The translations under genes were made by a program, and so were the position numbers. DNA of 64,000 nucleotides from Candidatus Latescibacterota bacterium. Lineage in GTDB: Bacteria > Latescibacterota > UBA2968 > UBA8231. A model generated the notes under the pieces. The model saw only the letters and a list, made by a program, of their open reading frames with translations. It searched no databases and had not been told where the DNA came from. The stretch spans positions 1,056,001-1,120,000 of the forward strand of contig OZ241889.1 in assembly GCA_965203355.1 (NCBI GenBank). Reading direction: 5' to 3'. This document shows positions 47,684 through 57,457 of the stretch, piece by piece. Within the stretch, counting starts at the first letter, position 1, and each line of letters starts with the position of its first letter.

Positions 47684-49000
47684 ATGCCCGACAAAAGAGA
47701 CCTGATTTCGCCGCGGACCCTCAAGGGATTCCGCGATTTTCCGCCGGCCTTGGCCATGCCACGCGAGGAGCTGATCGACAAGGCGCGCGTGGTTTTCCGT
47801 TCCTATGGCTTTGTGCCCATTGATACGCCCGCGCTCGAATACAGCGAAATACTCACCGGCAAAGGCGGCGATGAGAGCGACAAGCAGCTGTATCGCTTTG
47901 CCGATCACGGGGGCCGCGATGTGGCCCTGCGCTTTGACCTGACCGTGCCCTTTGCTCGATTTGCCGCCCAGCATATCGGCCAGCTCGGCACCCCCTTCAA
48001 GCGCTACCACATTGGTCCGGTTTGGCGCGGCGAGAACACGCAGCACGGCCGCTATCGCGAGTTCTATCAGTGCGACTTTGACACCATCGGCACCGACGCC
48101 AATGCCGCGGACATTGAAACGGTGCTCGTCATCCACGATTTGCTTGCGGCGCTGGGTTTTGAGCGTTTTGCCATCCACGTCAACAACCGCCTGATCCTCA
48201 ATGGCCTGCTCGAATCGCTCGGTTTGACCGAGGCGTCGGCCGCTATCCTCCGCGCCCTCGATAAGCTGCAAAAAGTCGGCGCGTCAACAGTCGCCGCCGA
48301 GATGAGCGCGGTGGTTTCCCGCGAACAGGCCGAGCACATTCTGGCGATGGTGCAGACTACGGGTACGCATGCCGAGATTCTCGATCGGATTGAACGTTCT
48401 CTAGGCGCCAACGATCGCGCGGCCGAGGGAATCGCCAACCTGCGCCAGCTTGTAGCGGCCTTTGCGGGTATGCCCCGAGATCGCTTGGTGCTCGACCTGT
48501 CTATCGCCCGCGGTCTCGATTACTACACGGGCACCGTCTATGAGACCTTGCTCGGGGATTTGCCGGCCATTGGCTCGGTCTGTAGCGGTGGGCGCTACGA
48601 CGATTTGGCCGGCCTCTACACCAAGCAGCACTTGCCCGGGGTTGGGGCTTCTCTGGGGTTAGATCGGCTGATGGCCGCGATGGAGGCGTTAGGGCTTTTG
48701 CAGGCGGCCGTTCCCGCCGCCGACGTCTTCATCGTCCAGTTCTCCGCCGAAGCCCTATCGTCCTACATCGCGCTCGCACGTCGCTTGCGGCAAGCTGGCC
48801 TCCGAACCGAATTGTACCCGGAGGCCAAGGGCCTAGGGCGGCAGCTCAAATACGCCGACCGCAAGGGCTTCCCCATCGCCCTGATTGGCGGCCCAGACGA
48901 ATTGGAAAAGGGCGTCTGGCAGGTAAAGGACCTGCGCGATGGATCGAGCGAAGACGTGAAAGACGACGAAGTGGTGTCTTACATACAGGCGAAGCGGTAG
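47684..49000 (+). CDS. hisS: Histidine--tRNA ligase
   Basis: KGFRDF, LRFDLTVPFAR, GRYREFYQCDFD, ARGLDYYTG, GGRYD, KQLKYA-like anticodon domain. Confidence 0.96.
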   Translation: MPDKRDLISPRTLKGFRDFPPALAMPREELIDKARVVFRSYGFVPIDTPALEYSEILTGKGGDESDKQLYRFADHGGRDVALRFDLTVPFARFAAQHIGQLGTPFKRYHIGPVWRGENTQHGRYREFYQCDFDTIGTDANAADIETVLVIHDLLAALGFERFAIHVNNRLILNGLLESLGLTEASAAILRALDKLQKVGASTVAAEMSAVVSREQAEHILAMVQTTGTHAEILDRIERSLGANDRAAEGIANLRQLVAAFAGMPRDRLVLDLSIARGLDYYTGTVYETLLGDLPAIGSVCSGGRYDDLAGLYTKQHLPGVGASLGLDRLMAAMEALGLLQAAVPAADVFIVQFSAEALSSYIALARRLRQAGLRTELYPEAKGLGRQLKYADRKGFPIALIGGPDELEKGVWQVKDLRDGSSEDVKDDEVVSYIQAKR

Positions 49001-49214
49001 CGCGGCGATCTTGCACATAATCGAAAGAAGGATAGTGTCGCAGTTTGAAACAATGTGCGGTACTACAAATGCGAAAAGAAGGCACGATGAGACCCCTCTG
49101 GGTCCGGCAAGCCGGTGCAGGCCGATTCGCGCACGGAATGCTGTGGGGTTCTGCAATCCCGGCGGCCGCGACAAGTTTGAACGCGCGGAGCTCGGCCCGA
49201 TTGAATATTCCTAA

Positions 49215-49358
49215 GAAGCGTTTTTAAAATTCTCGTCGGGCTACTTCAACGGACCGTCGAGAGGCTCCCGGGTCGGGCGTTTTCCGAGGGCGAGACTCCA
49301 TTACTACTAGGCTTTTTTGGGGTTCAAAAAACAATAAGAATAATTTTAAAAAGGCTTC
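49215..49358. mobile_element. MITE-like element (IS5-like ends)
   Basis: 17-bp TIRs GAAGCGTTTTTAAAATT / AATTTTAAAAAGGCTTC (1 mismatch), flanked by TAA on both sides (49212-14, 49359-61); no ORF. Confidence 0.7.
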
Positions 49359-49428
49359 TAAAGAAACGGAGGTTGGCGATGCACATTACAAGCGTTGCGA
49401 GTGGAGAATTTAGTAGGACGACTATACC

Positions 49429-50403
49429 ATGAACATTGGACTCTGCGCTTGGAGCTTTACCGGCGCTCACAAAGAAGCGAATCGCGCCATTGACCCTCAC
49501 ACCCCCGAGGGCCTAACGCGCCTAGCCCGCGACAACGGCCTCCACAGCGTCGAATTTGCGTCCCAATGGCTGGGAGACTGCTCGCCCGAAGAGCGTGCGG
49601 TTTTTGCCGAGACGCGCGCCGGTCTCGACCTGTTCTTGGACACGGGCGGCGACAACTACACTGAAGACATCGCGCCGTTGCGGCAGGCCATTGAGACAGC
49701 GCACCAAACGGGAGCCCGCGCCGTGCGCACGACCGTCAGTCGCCTCCTCGAAGGCAACCGCACCGAGTATGGTGCCGAAGGGATGCGGAACTACGTCGAA
49801 GCCTTGGTTCAGCCGTTCAAAGCAGTCATGCCGCTCGCCGAGGAATACGGCATCCCAGTGGGCATTGAAAACCACCAGGATTTGAGTTCGTGGGAATTGC
49901 TGTCGCTGTGCGAAAAGGTCGGCAGTCCGCAACTGGGCGTCACTTTGGACATAGGCAATGCCTTTGCCGTCGGCGAGCACCCCCTAGCCTTTGCCGAGCG
50001 GATCTTGCCGCTCGTCAAACACGTCCACATCAAGGATTACACGGTCCACCCCACGCCTTCAGGCTATCGCCTCAAGCGCTGCGCCATCGGCAATGGGGTC
50101 GTCGATTGGCCGGAGGTCCTGGCGCTATTCGACCGCGAGGTGCCGCAGGTGCAGGGCTGCATTGAACTCGGCGCGAGCAGTGCCCGCCACATTCGCCTGT
50201 TGGAAGAGGACTGGTGGGCGACTTTTCCCGAGCGCCCTTTCTCCGAGGCCATACATGCCATCCGCACCCTACATCAGGCGGCTGGCGATCCCGACGACTG
50301 GCAGACGCCGCACGAGCGCGGAGCGAGTGCGGACGTGCGGGTTGCCTATGAACTGGAGCAGTTTGAACGCTCGGTCGCCTACGTAAAGCGGCTGCTGGGA
50401 TGA
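49429..50403 (+). CDS. Sugar phosphate isomerase/epimerase (xylose-isomerase-like TIM barrel)
   Basis: GIENHQD, GVTLDIGN, HVHIKD, G.GVVDW, IEL. Confidence 0.85.
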   Translation: MNIGLCAWSFTGAHKEANRAIDPHTPEGLTRLARDNGLHSVEFASQWLGDCSPEERAVFAETRAGLDLFLDTGGDNYTEDIAPLRQAIETAHQTGARAVRTTVSRLLEGNRTEYGAEGMRNYVEALVQPFKAVMPLAEEYGIPVGIENHQDLSSWELLSLCEKVGSPQLGVTLDIGNAFAVGEHPLAFAERILPLVKHVHIKDYTVHPTPSGYRLKRCAIGNGVVDWPEVLALFDREVPQVQGCIELGASSARHIRLLEEDWWATFPERPFSEAIHAIRTLHQAAGDPDDWQTPHERGASADVRVAYELEQFERSVAYVKRLLG

Positions 50404-50475
50404 GCGTGCGTAGCGACATTTTTGTTTTTGCTGAATTTCGCTTCATCCAACCTATTATCGGGAGTATAAACGCGA

Positions 50476-51903
50476 ATGCAGCCTGCAATTTCCCCTAACG
50501 GGGGCCGTGTCCAAGAGCGTCAATTTCTCGATGCGCGTTTCAGGAGTCGCATAGAGGTCAACAGCGTACTCACGCGCAAGATCGTGTCTTATCAGGGCAA
50601 CCGGCGCATTCCCGGCCTCAGATGGATGAAGTACAAAGAAGGATTCTCTCGCTCGTTGGTCGAGCGCTTTATACAAGAGTTTCACCCAACAAATGTCCTC
50701 GATCCTTTCTGCGGCATTGGCACGACTCCTCTTGTAGCCTCAGCACATGGCCTGTCGGCGACCGGAATAGACATAATGCCTATTGGCGTCATGGTAGGCA
50801 ATGGGATCGCGGCGGCGGCTAATGGTGTGTCTCGGGAGCGGTTTGAATCGGCTGGAACTGCGCTGCTCGACGCCATTAGATCGAACAATACACCCTCGCC
50901 TGAGTGTTTCTTTCCCCATGTCAGAATAACGCGAGCCGCCTTCCCAACCGAAACGGAACTTGCAATCGCTAAGGCGAGGAGATTCATCGAAACGGTTGAA
51001 GACCTTGGCATCAAGAAGTTGCTCAATTTAGCCTGTATGACAGTGTTGGAAGATGTGAGCTACACCCGCAAGGACGGTCAATATTTGCGGTGGGATCATC
51101 GGGCTGCACGGGAGCTCAGAAGCAAGGTTGACAAAGGTCCAATACTGACATTGGAACAAGCCGTTGGTAATCGCCTATTCGAGATGACTCAGGATCTCGC
51201 CATTCTACAGCAGGAATTCATGGGAGGATGTCCCGAGTTTCAAATTGGCTCCAGCCTCGAGTTATTGCGTTTTCTGCCGAGTGATGGATTCGACATGGTC
51301 ATCACTTCGCCCCCATACGCCAATCGGTACGACTATACGCGGACCTATGCACTTGAGCTAGCTTGGCTCGGATACGATCAGGACGCCTTTGTCAATTTAC
51401 GACAGAGTATGCTAACAGCGACGGTAGAAAACAGGCCGAAAAGGGAGTGGCTACAAGAAGTTTATGGTGGAGATTCGCATCTTTTGGCAAAAGCAATCCA
51501 AATATATGAGAGTCAAGGGGCGATTCACGAGGTCCTCGCCATTCTCAAGCAGCATATCAATGAATTAGGGAATAGGCATGTGATCCGTCTGATCGAAGGC
51601 TACTTCCTCGAAATGGCAATTATAATTGCGGAATTAGGGCGGATATTACGACCCAATGGCACGGTGATCATGGTGAACGATAATGTTCAGTACCATGGCG
51701 AAGAAGTTCCTACGGATCTGATATTGTCCGACTTTGCTGAGCAGTCGGGGTTTACTTGCGAGAAGATTTGGATGTTGCCTCGCGGCAAGGGAAATTCAAG
51801 CCAGCAGATGCGTCGCTTTGGCAGACGTGAGATAAGAAAGTGTGTTTACAGATGGATACGTACGGATGATCGCCGGTGTCATAACGGCCGAGATGAGGTC
51901 TAG
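50476..51903 (+). CDS. Site-specific DNA methyltransferase (probably N4-cytosine)
   Basis: Motif I VLDPFCGIGTT before motif IV ITSPPY; RWMKYKEGFS; lower GC than the flanks. Confidence 0.88.
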   Translation: MQPAISPNGGRVQERQFLDARFRSRIEVNSVLTRKIVSYQGNRRIPGLRWMKYKEGFSRSLVERFIQEFHPTNVLDPFCGIGTTPLVASAHGLSATGIDIMPIGVMVGNGIAAAANGVSRERFESAGTALLDAIRSNNTPSPECFFPHVRITRAAFPTETELAIAKARRFIETVEDLGIKKLLNLACMTVLEDVSYTRKDGQYLRWDHRAARELRSKVDKGPILTLEQAVGNRLFEMTQDLAILQQEFMGGCPEFQIGSSLELLRFLPSDGFDMVITSPPYANRYDYTRTYALELAWLGYDQDAFVNLRQSMLTATVENRPKREWLQEVYGGDSHLLAKAIQIYESQGAIHEVLAILKQHINELGNRHVIRLIEGYFLEMAIIIAELGRILRPNGTVIMVNDNVQYHGEEVPTDLILSDFAEQSGFTCEKIWMLPRGKGNSSQQMRRFGRREIRKCVYRWIRTDDRRCHNGRDEV

Positions 51904-52045
51904 GCTCGATCAGATGGGCGTCAATAAGGTGTTCCTACTTGATGATTTGGCATACGACGGAGAGCGTTGGAACGACTTCACCAATGAGGTGTTCCACTAC
52001 GCGATTCGCATTGCGAGTTGTACTAGCACCCAACAAACAAGATAG
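51866..52045 (+). pseudogene. Probable C-terminal remnant of a type II restriction endonuclease
   Basis: AGVITAEMRSRLDQMGVNKVFLLDDLAYDGERWNDFTNEVFHYAIRI is protein-like, overlaps the MTase tail and occupies the position of a cognate REase. Confidence 0.4.
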
Positions 52046-52064
52046 CTTTTACAGGAGTCAAACC

Positions 52065-53561
52065 ATGTCCGGCCGTCCCAACATCCTCTTCATAATGTCC
52101 GACCAGCTCATCGCCGCTCTGACCGGAGCCTACGGCCATCCAGTCGTCCAGACGCCGCATTTGAATCGCTTGGCCGCCGAAGGCGTCCGCTTTGATTCGG
52201 CCTACACTCCTTTCCCCTTGTGCGCCCCGGGCCGCGCCTGCATTACCAGCGGACGCCATGCTTCGGCGATCGGTGCTTGGGACAATGGGGCGCTCTTGGC
52301 TGCGGATGTGCCGTCGTACGCCCACTATCTCAGCAACGCAGGTTACGACACCGTGCTTTCGGGCAAGATGCACTTCGTCGGCCCCGATCAGGTACACGGC
52401 TTCCATCGCCGGCTGACGACTGATATCTATCCACCCGACTTCTCATGGGTCAAGGAAGAGTGGATCCGCATCAAGGAGACGAAGGGGAAAGACTACGAAG
52501 AGGTCATGGGCAATCGCTCCGCGTACAACGCCAGCGGCTACACTGGCCAAGCCGTGCGCGTCAACTGCTGGCACAACGCCCTCAGCTACGACGAAGAAAC
52601 GCAGTTCCGCGCTGTCGAATACCTGCGTGCCCAACGCGGCGATACCCCCTTCTTGCTCTGCGCTTCCTTCCACCACCCACACGAGCCGTTCCATCCGCCG
52701 CAGGCGCACTGGGACCGCTACGCAGATGCCGAGATCGCCATCCCCGAATTCCCGGCCCATCTCGATGAGACCTACTCGGCGATGGACTGCTGGCTCAACG
52801 CCTACCACGGCACTCGCCGTTTCAACCTGCGCGATCCCGAAAGCCTGCGCCGCTTGCGCCGTGCGTACTACGGCTTAGTGACGTATCTCGACGATAAGGT
52901 CGGCGGCTTGCTCGCAACTTTAGAGGAAACGGGCCTGCTCGACAATACGGTTGTGGTCTTTACCGCCGACCACGGCGACATGCTGTGCGAAAAGGAAATG
53001 GTGCAGAAGCGCTGTTTCTACGAGTGGTCGTGCCGCGTCCCGCTTATCGTCCGCTTCCCCGACCAATGGCAGGCCGGCACCGCTGTCGAGACGCCGACTT
53101 CGCTGCTCGACCTGTTGCCGACCTTTTGCGAGTTAGCTCGTGCCGAAGCGAGCTTACCCCACGATGGCACCAGCCTACTGCCGATCATTGAGGGGCACGG
53201 CACCGACCGCCCCATCTTTGCCCAAGCCCACGAAGCGGTGGGAGCACCCTGCATCATGGTCCGCGAGGGCCGGTTCAAATACAATTACATCCACGGCCAC
53301 CAGCCACAGCTTTTTGACTTAAAGAGCGATTCCGGCGAGTGGAACAACCTCGCTGGCGCAGCCGAGTACGCCGCAACGGAGACGCGCTTGCGCGAACTGA
53401 TCCTCGACCGCTTCGATCCCGATAAAATGGCCGCCGACAACCTCGACAGCCTCTATCGCCGCCGCCTAATCCGAGACGTGATGTACAAACACGACGCCTC
53501 GTGGAATTACCCGACAGCCTTCGATCCGAGACGCGGAGCACTCGACCAGTATCGTCGTTAG
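52065..53561 (+). CDS. Sulfatase (choline-sulfatase BetC-like)
   Basis: RPNILFIMSDQ, CAPGR (CxPxR), GKMHF, HPHEP, ADHGDM; RBS AGGAG. Confidence 0.9.
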   Translation: MSGRPNILFIMSDQLIAALTGAYGHPVVQTPHLNRLAAEGVRFDSAYTPFPLCAPGRACITSGRHASAIGAWDNGALLAADVPSYAHYLSNAGYDTVLSGKMHFVGPDQVHGFHRRLTTDIYPPDFSWVKEEWIRIKETKGKDYEEVMGNRSAYNASGYTGQAVRVNCWHNALSYDEETQFRAVEYLRAQRGDTPFLLCASFHHPHEPFHPPQAHWDRYADAEIAIPEFPAHLDETYSAMDCWLNAYHGTRRFNLRDPESLRRLRRAYYGLVTYLDDKVGGLLATLEETGLLDNTVVVFTADHGDMLCEKEMVQKRCFYEWSCRVPLIVRFPDQWQAGTAVETPTSLLDLLPTFCELARAEASLPHDGTSLLPIIEGHGTDRPIFAQAHEAVGAPCIMVREGRFKYNYIHGHQPQLFDLKSDSGEWNNLAGAAEYAATETRLRELILDRFDPDKMAADNLDSLYRRRLIRDVMYKHDASWNYPTAFDPRRGALDQYRR

Positions 53562-53851
53562 GGAGCTTGGTCGATGCGCTGCGAACCGCAGATTTTCAGA
53601 CGACAAGTGGCATATTGAGAATTATCGAGAATGAGGGAAATTTCGACGATGTACTCGCTTTTTTCGCAGAGAGAATGCTTCCGCTCGACGAGGTCCAACT
53701 CGACATATTGCGACGCATTTCACTCGTTGCTGTGGCACAACGGCTTGGCCGGCTGGGAGAACTAGAACAATTCATCCAGGTGGAAAAACCAAACATCGCA
53801 ACGGAACGACAAATGACCTTGCTCATAGAACCTAAAATAAACTACCAGTGA
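53562..53851 (+). pseudogene. 5'-truncated gene remnant (possibly an RM methyltransferase C-terminus)
   Basis: Open startless frame GSLVDALRTADF...QMTLLIEPKINYQ* that begins right after the sulfatase stop and ends 7 nt before the next gene; low GC. Confidence 0.45.
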
Positions 53852-53858
53852 GGAACCT

Positions 53859-54974
53859 ATGGCCTTTGAGTCAGTCGATGTACTGCAAAGAGCTTTGGCG
53901 GATACAGTCTTCGAGTATACTGCGGATCGAAAGAAGGCCGCAGGCCGTGCTTTGGGAACGCTCGTTGAGATCATTACATTTTATACCCTGCACATGTGGG
54001 ATCTTCGCGACCATATCGTTGTTGAGCGCTCAGTGCCTGAGTTCGCTAACCCTGACATATTGCACAATGTCGAGTTTTCGCTTCATCCTATTCAGGATCG
54101 GCACGAAGTCGAGATCTCACCGCTATCCCTTCCTATAACACCCGCAAGGATCAAGCACCATTTGTCCTTTCTAAAAGAAACGGCCGTCAGATCAACTCAG
54201 GTCCTCAGCAGAGATGCCGTGAAGCGCAACGCAACTGTCCTTGTAGAAAGCGAAAGGGGTCCAGTCATTGCGAATATTGATACATTGAATGATTCCAGTT
54301 GCAAACTCACCGTATGCCGACTCTCGACTGATCCGTTTGCGATCTTTGAATGCAAGCGCGTGGGAGTAGAGGAAGGGATGCGAAGAGGGCCACAGACGAT
54401 TGAAAAGGCAAAACAGGGTGCTTACGTTGCACGATCCGTCTCTTCTCTACAAAAAGTACGGCTTCGAGATGGACGGTTTCAGGGAGTCATTGAACAACCC
54501 GACGGTAGCTTTCGAACCGGTCTCTACGACGAATTACTCAAGGAGGTCATCGACTCGTCATCGATTGTCGAACTTATTGGATTCATACTCACTGTTGGTG
54601 TCGTCAGCAACCATGGTAACTGGTTTACTTCTGACAACCACAACAAAGAACTTCGCGTACTGGCTCAATCGTATGACTGGCTTTTGTTCCTTACAGACGC
54701 TGGATTGTCTCAGTTCATTGACAGGCTGCTGCTTAATCCCACGTCAGAACTGGCGTCTGCTCGGGAGGCGTTCTTGGCGAGCTATCCTAGTGGCTCTGGG
54801 ATGAACAGATTCACTAAGGTCCGCATGGCCGTTGATGCAGACGAAGTGCTCCGAAACTACTTCACGGCGCACGAGGCCGAAGTTAAGACGTGGTTTAATA
54901 TCATCTCTCCCCGTGACGGTACGATTGAGAATCTACAGGCTGATCTGAGGAAACTCGCCGCCAAAGATTGGTAG
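53859..54974 (+). CDS. Putative PD-(D/E)XK restriction endonuclease
   Basis: GRALGTLVE helix, IFECKRVG (E-x-K), GPQTIEKAKQGAY; low GC; coupled to an MTase. Confidence 0.6.
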   Translation: MAFESVDVLQRALADTVFEYTADRKKAAGRALGTLVEIITFYTLHMWDLRDHIVVERSVPEFANPDILHNVEFSLHPIQDRHEVEISPLSLPITPARIKHHLSFLKETAVRSTQVLSRDAVKRNATVLVESERGPVIANIDTLNDSSCKLTVCRLSTDPFAIFECKRVGVEEGMRRGPQTIEKAKQGAYVARSVSSLQKVRLRDGRFQGVIEQPDGSFRTGLYDELLKEVIDSSSIVELIGFILTVGVVSNHGNWFTSDNHNKELRVLAQSYDWLLFLTDAGLSQFIDRLLLNPTSELASAREAFLASYPSGSGMNRFTKVRMAVDADEVLRNYFTAHEAEVKTWFNIISPRDGTIENLQADLRKLAAKDW

Positions 54975-54985
54975 GACAACTAGAC

Positions 54986-55582
54986 ATGACTGCCGGGCGC
55001 AACAATACCGAAGTGCTAAGCCAACATTGGTGTACTCCGCCAAAGTACGTCAGCGCGATACGAGAGTTTTTCGCCGAATCAGTCGCGCTAGACCCATGCT
55101 CCAATCGCCATTCTATCGTGCGGGCGACTGTAGAGTACGCGCTGCCTGAGATTGACGGATTAGCAGCGTCGTGGAATTACCCCACCATCTTCGTCAACCC
55201 GCCATACGGCAGAGACCGAGAGAGAGGCACCACGATTCGAGATTGGCTGCGAAAATGCACCGAGGCTCATGTACAACATGGTGTTGAAGTACTCGCTCTT
55301 GTACCTGTCGCTACCAATACTCGCCACTGGAAACAATACGTGTTTGGCACGGCTACTGCGGTCGCATTTCTCTACGACACGAGGCTGCGCTTTCTCGTAA
55401 ACGGGAAGGACGGCGGCAAGGGAGCTCCGATGTCCTGCGCGATGGTCTATTGGGGCCCGCAGCACGCGCGTTTTGAAAAGATCTTCATCCGCTTTGGGGC
55501 CGTTGTCGACGTGCGGCACCTACACGGAAAGCTCGTCGGCACAGGCGAGCATTTGGATCTGTTTGCAGGAGCGGAGTGCTAA
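54986..55582 (+). CDS. DNA N6-adenine methyltransferase (phage Dam-like)
   Basis: W.TPP, LDPCS, DGL..SW, FVNPPYG, LVPVATNTRHW, RLRF. Confidence 0.85.
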   Translation: MTAGRNNTEVLSQHWCTPPKYVSAIREFFAESVALDPCSNRHSIVRATVEYALPEIDGLAASWNYPTIFVNPPYGRDRERGTTIRDWLRKCTEAHVQHGVEVLALVPVATNTRHWKQYVFGTATAVAFLYDTRLRFLVNGKDGGKGAPMSCAMVYWGPQHARFEKIFIRFGAVVDVRHLHGKLVGTGEHLDLFAGAEC

Positions 55583-56607
55583 CGCGATCGGCTCAATCCC
55601 GGTAGCTGCGTTGGCTCGGCGAGCGGGATCACGGGATTTTCCAAGACCCCGATCCCGCCGGAAAACTCCAACTGCATTACGTCTCCTGCTACCAATCCCG
55701 TCGCCAAATCCGCCTCGGCAAAGACGATAGGCGTCCCCCAGTAAAACGCGAGCAGGGTGCGCGGTGCTAGGGGCAGCCGCCTAAAAAGGTGGTGCTCTAA
55801 GTGCAGGAGCCGCCCGGGCATGTTCAGGTTGTTCTGGCCGGTCGCGCCCTTTTTGTAGGCTATGGATTGTCCGTCGCGCAAGATGCGGCACGAGACTTCG
55901 ACCTCGGCGTCGTCGTACTGGTCGGTCATAACCAACACCGGCCCTAGAGAAGCACACCCACCGGCCCAGTTTTTGGCTTGGGGCAAGTTGAGGGGATTGG
56001 CGGCCTCAATGCCGTTGTCGGTGGCGTCGTTGCCGCCGGTGTAGCCCAGCCGCTCTAAGCGACCTTGGCGCGTCAGGCCATAGACCGATACCAACTCGGT
56101 CTCAGGCACTAAGCGCTGGGTGTCGGCGGGGCGGGTGATGGGCTGGCCGTGCCCGACGACCGCGTCCGGCTCGCCCTTGGTGAACAGCTCGGGGCGCCCA
56201 CCGCCGGACACTTCGCGGTATTTCTGGTCGTACACATTGATGGCCTCGCCAGTGGCCTGCTGTGCTTCGATCTCGCGCAACTTGGCGCTGACCTCGTGGG
56301 TGACGCCGGCTAGCCACACGCGCAGGGCGTGGGGATGGCCGGGTGGACCGCTAACGGGCTTGGTGAGGTACGGGTCGTGGGTGCTGCGGTTGGCCAACAA
56401 CTCGGCTAGCGACAAGCGGCGCACCGCTTGTTTTTGCAGATTCTGAGCGGCGGCCACCAACCCGATTTCGTCGCCGCCGCCGTCGTAGTAGAGTTGATGT
56501 ACCGTGCGCGGCCCGTGGGCTGCATCGGTCAGGTCTAAGACCTCGTCTCCGACGACCAGGCCCAAGCGCATGCCGTCGCCCGGCTCGATAAATTGCACTA
56601 GTTTCAC
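55579..56607 (-). CDS. Fumarylacetoacetate-hydrolase-fold protein (AraD1-like)
   Basis: VWLAGVTH, RPELFTKG, VPETEL, GYTGGND, NPLNLPQAK, SLGP; GTG 56607. Confidence 0.75.
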   Translation of the reverse strand: MKLVQFIEPGDGMRLGLVVGDEVLDLTDAAHGPRTVHQLYYDGGGDEIGLVAAAQNLQKQAVRRLSLAELLANRSTHDPYLTKPVSGPPGHPHALRVWLAGVTHEVSAKLREIEAQQATGEAINVYDQKYREVSGGGRPELFTKGEPDAVVGHGQPITRPADTQRLVPETELVSVYGLTRQGRLERLGYTGGNDATDNGIEAANPLNLPQAKNWAGGCASLGPVLVMTDQYDDAEVEVSCRILRDGQSIAYKKGATGQNNLNMPGRLLHLEHHLFRRLPLAPRTLLAFYWGTPIVFAEADLATGLVAGDVMQLEFSGGIGVLENPVIPLAEPTQLPGLSRSR

Positions 56608-56629
56608 GTGTATTGCTCCTTGTAAGCGT

Positions 56630-57457
56630 TTAGGAAATAAAGAGCGGCGCATCGGACTGAGGCGCGATGCCGGCTCGCTCGGCTCGCTCGATTAGGTCCA
56701 ATATGGCGGCCTCGCCGTCGCGCCCGTAGTCGAGCGTGTGCTGGTTGACGTACAGATCGATGTGCGCCTGTATGACGCGGTCGTCCATTTCTTGGGCGTG
56801 CTGGCGGATGTAGCCCCGCACGGCGTCTGGGTGGGCATAAGCGTACTCCACGCTCTGCACGAGCGCGCGGTCGAGCTGGGCGATGAGTTTGGCGCCGAGG
56901 CTGCGCCGTGCGAGGATGCCGCCGAGGGGGATCGGATGCCCAGTGCTTTCCTCCCACCACTGGCCTAGGTCGATGATCGCTGCGAGTCCGCGTTGGGCAT
57001 AGGTGAAGCGGCTCTCGTGGATGATGACGCCCGCGTCGACTACACCTTGCGCGGTCGCGTCCACAATCTGGTCGAAAGGCATGACCGCGAGCTGCTCAAT
57101 GCTGGGGTCAAAAAGCCTCAGCAAGAGGGCGGCGGTGGTCAGACGCCCGGGAATGGCGATTCGCTTGTGCGCGAGATCTTCCCGCGCCAGCTTTTCCCGC
57201 GCTACCAATAGCGGCCCACATCCCCGCCCCAAGGCACCGCCCGAGTGCAGAAGACAGTACTCATCCCGCAAGTGCGCCAGTGCGTGGAAGGATATTTTGG
57301 TCGCGTCGAGTTGCCCTTTCAGGGCCATCTCATTGAGCGTTTCAATGTCCGCTAGCACCTCCTCGCATACGGGCGCGGCGGCGATGTGCCCGTGGACCAA
57401 ACCGCAAAAGACAAACGTATCGTTGGGGCAGGGCGAATAGCCCAAGGTCACGCGCAT
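56630..57457 (-). CDS. mqnD: 1,4-dihydroxy-6-naphthoate synthase
   Basis: GYSPCPNDTF, GGALGRGCGP, IIHESRFTY, PIPLG, HIDLYVN. Confidence 0.93.
   Translation of the reverse strand: MRVTLGYSPCPNDTFVFCGLVHGHIAAAPVCEEVLADIETLNEMALKGQLDATKISFHALAHLRDEYCLLHSGGALGRGCGPLLVAREKLAREDLAHKRIAIPGRLTTAALLLRLFDPSIEQLAVMPFDQIVDATAQGVVDAGVIIHESRFTYAQRGLAAIIDLGQWWEESTGHPIPLGGILARRSLGAKLIAQLDRALVQSVEYAYAHPDAVRGYIRQHAQEMDDRVIQAHIDLYVNQHTLDYGRDGEAAILDLIERAERAGIAPQSDAPLFIS

Noticed and set aside
49001-49211. Small ORFs or an ncRNA after hisS
   Set aside because: No RBS, protein motif or recognisable RNA structure.
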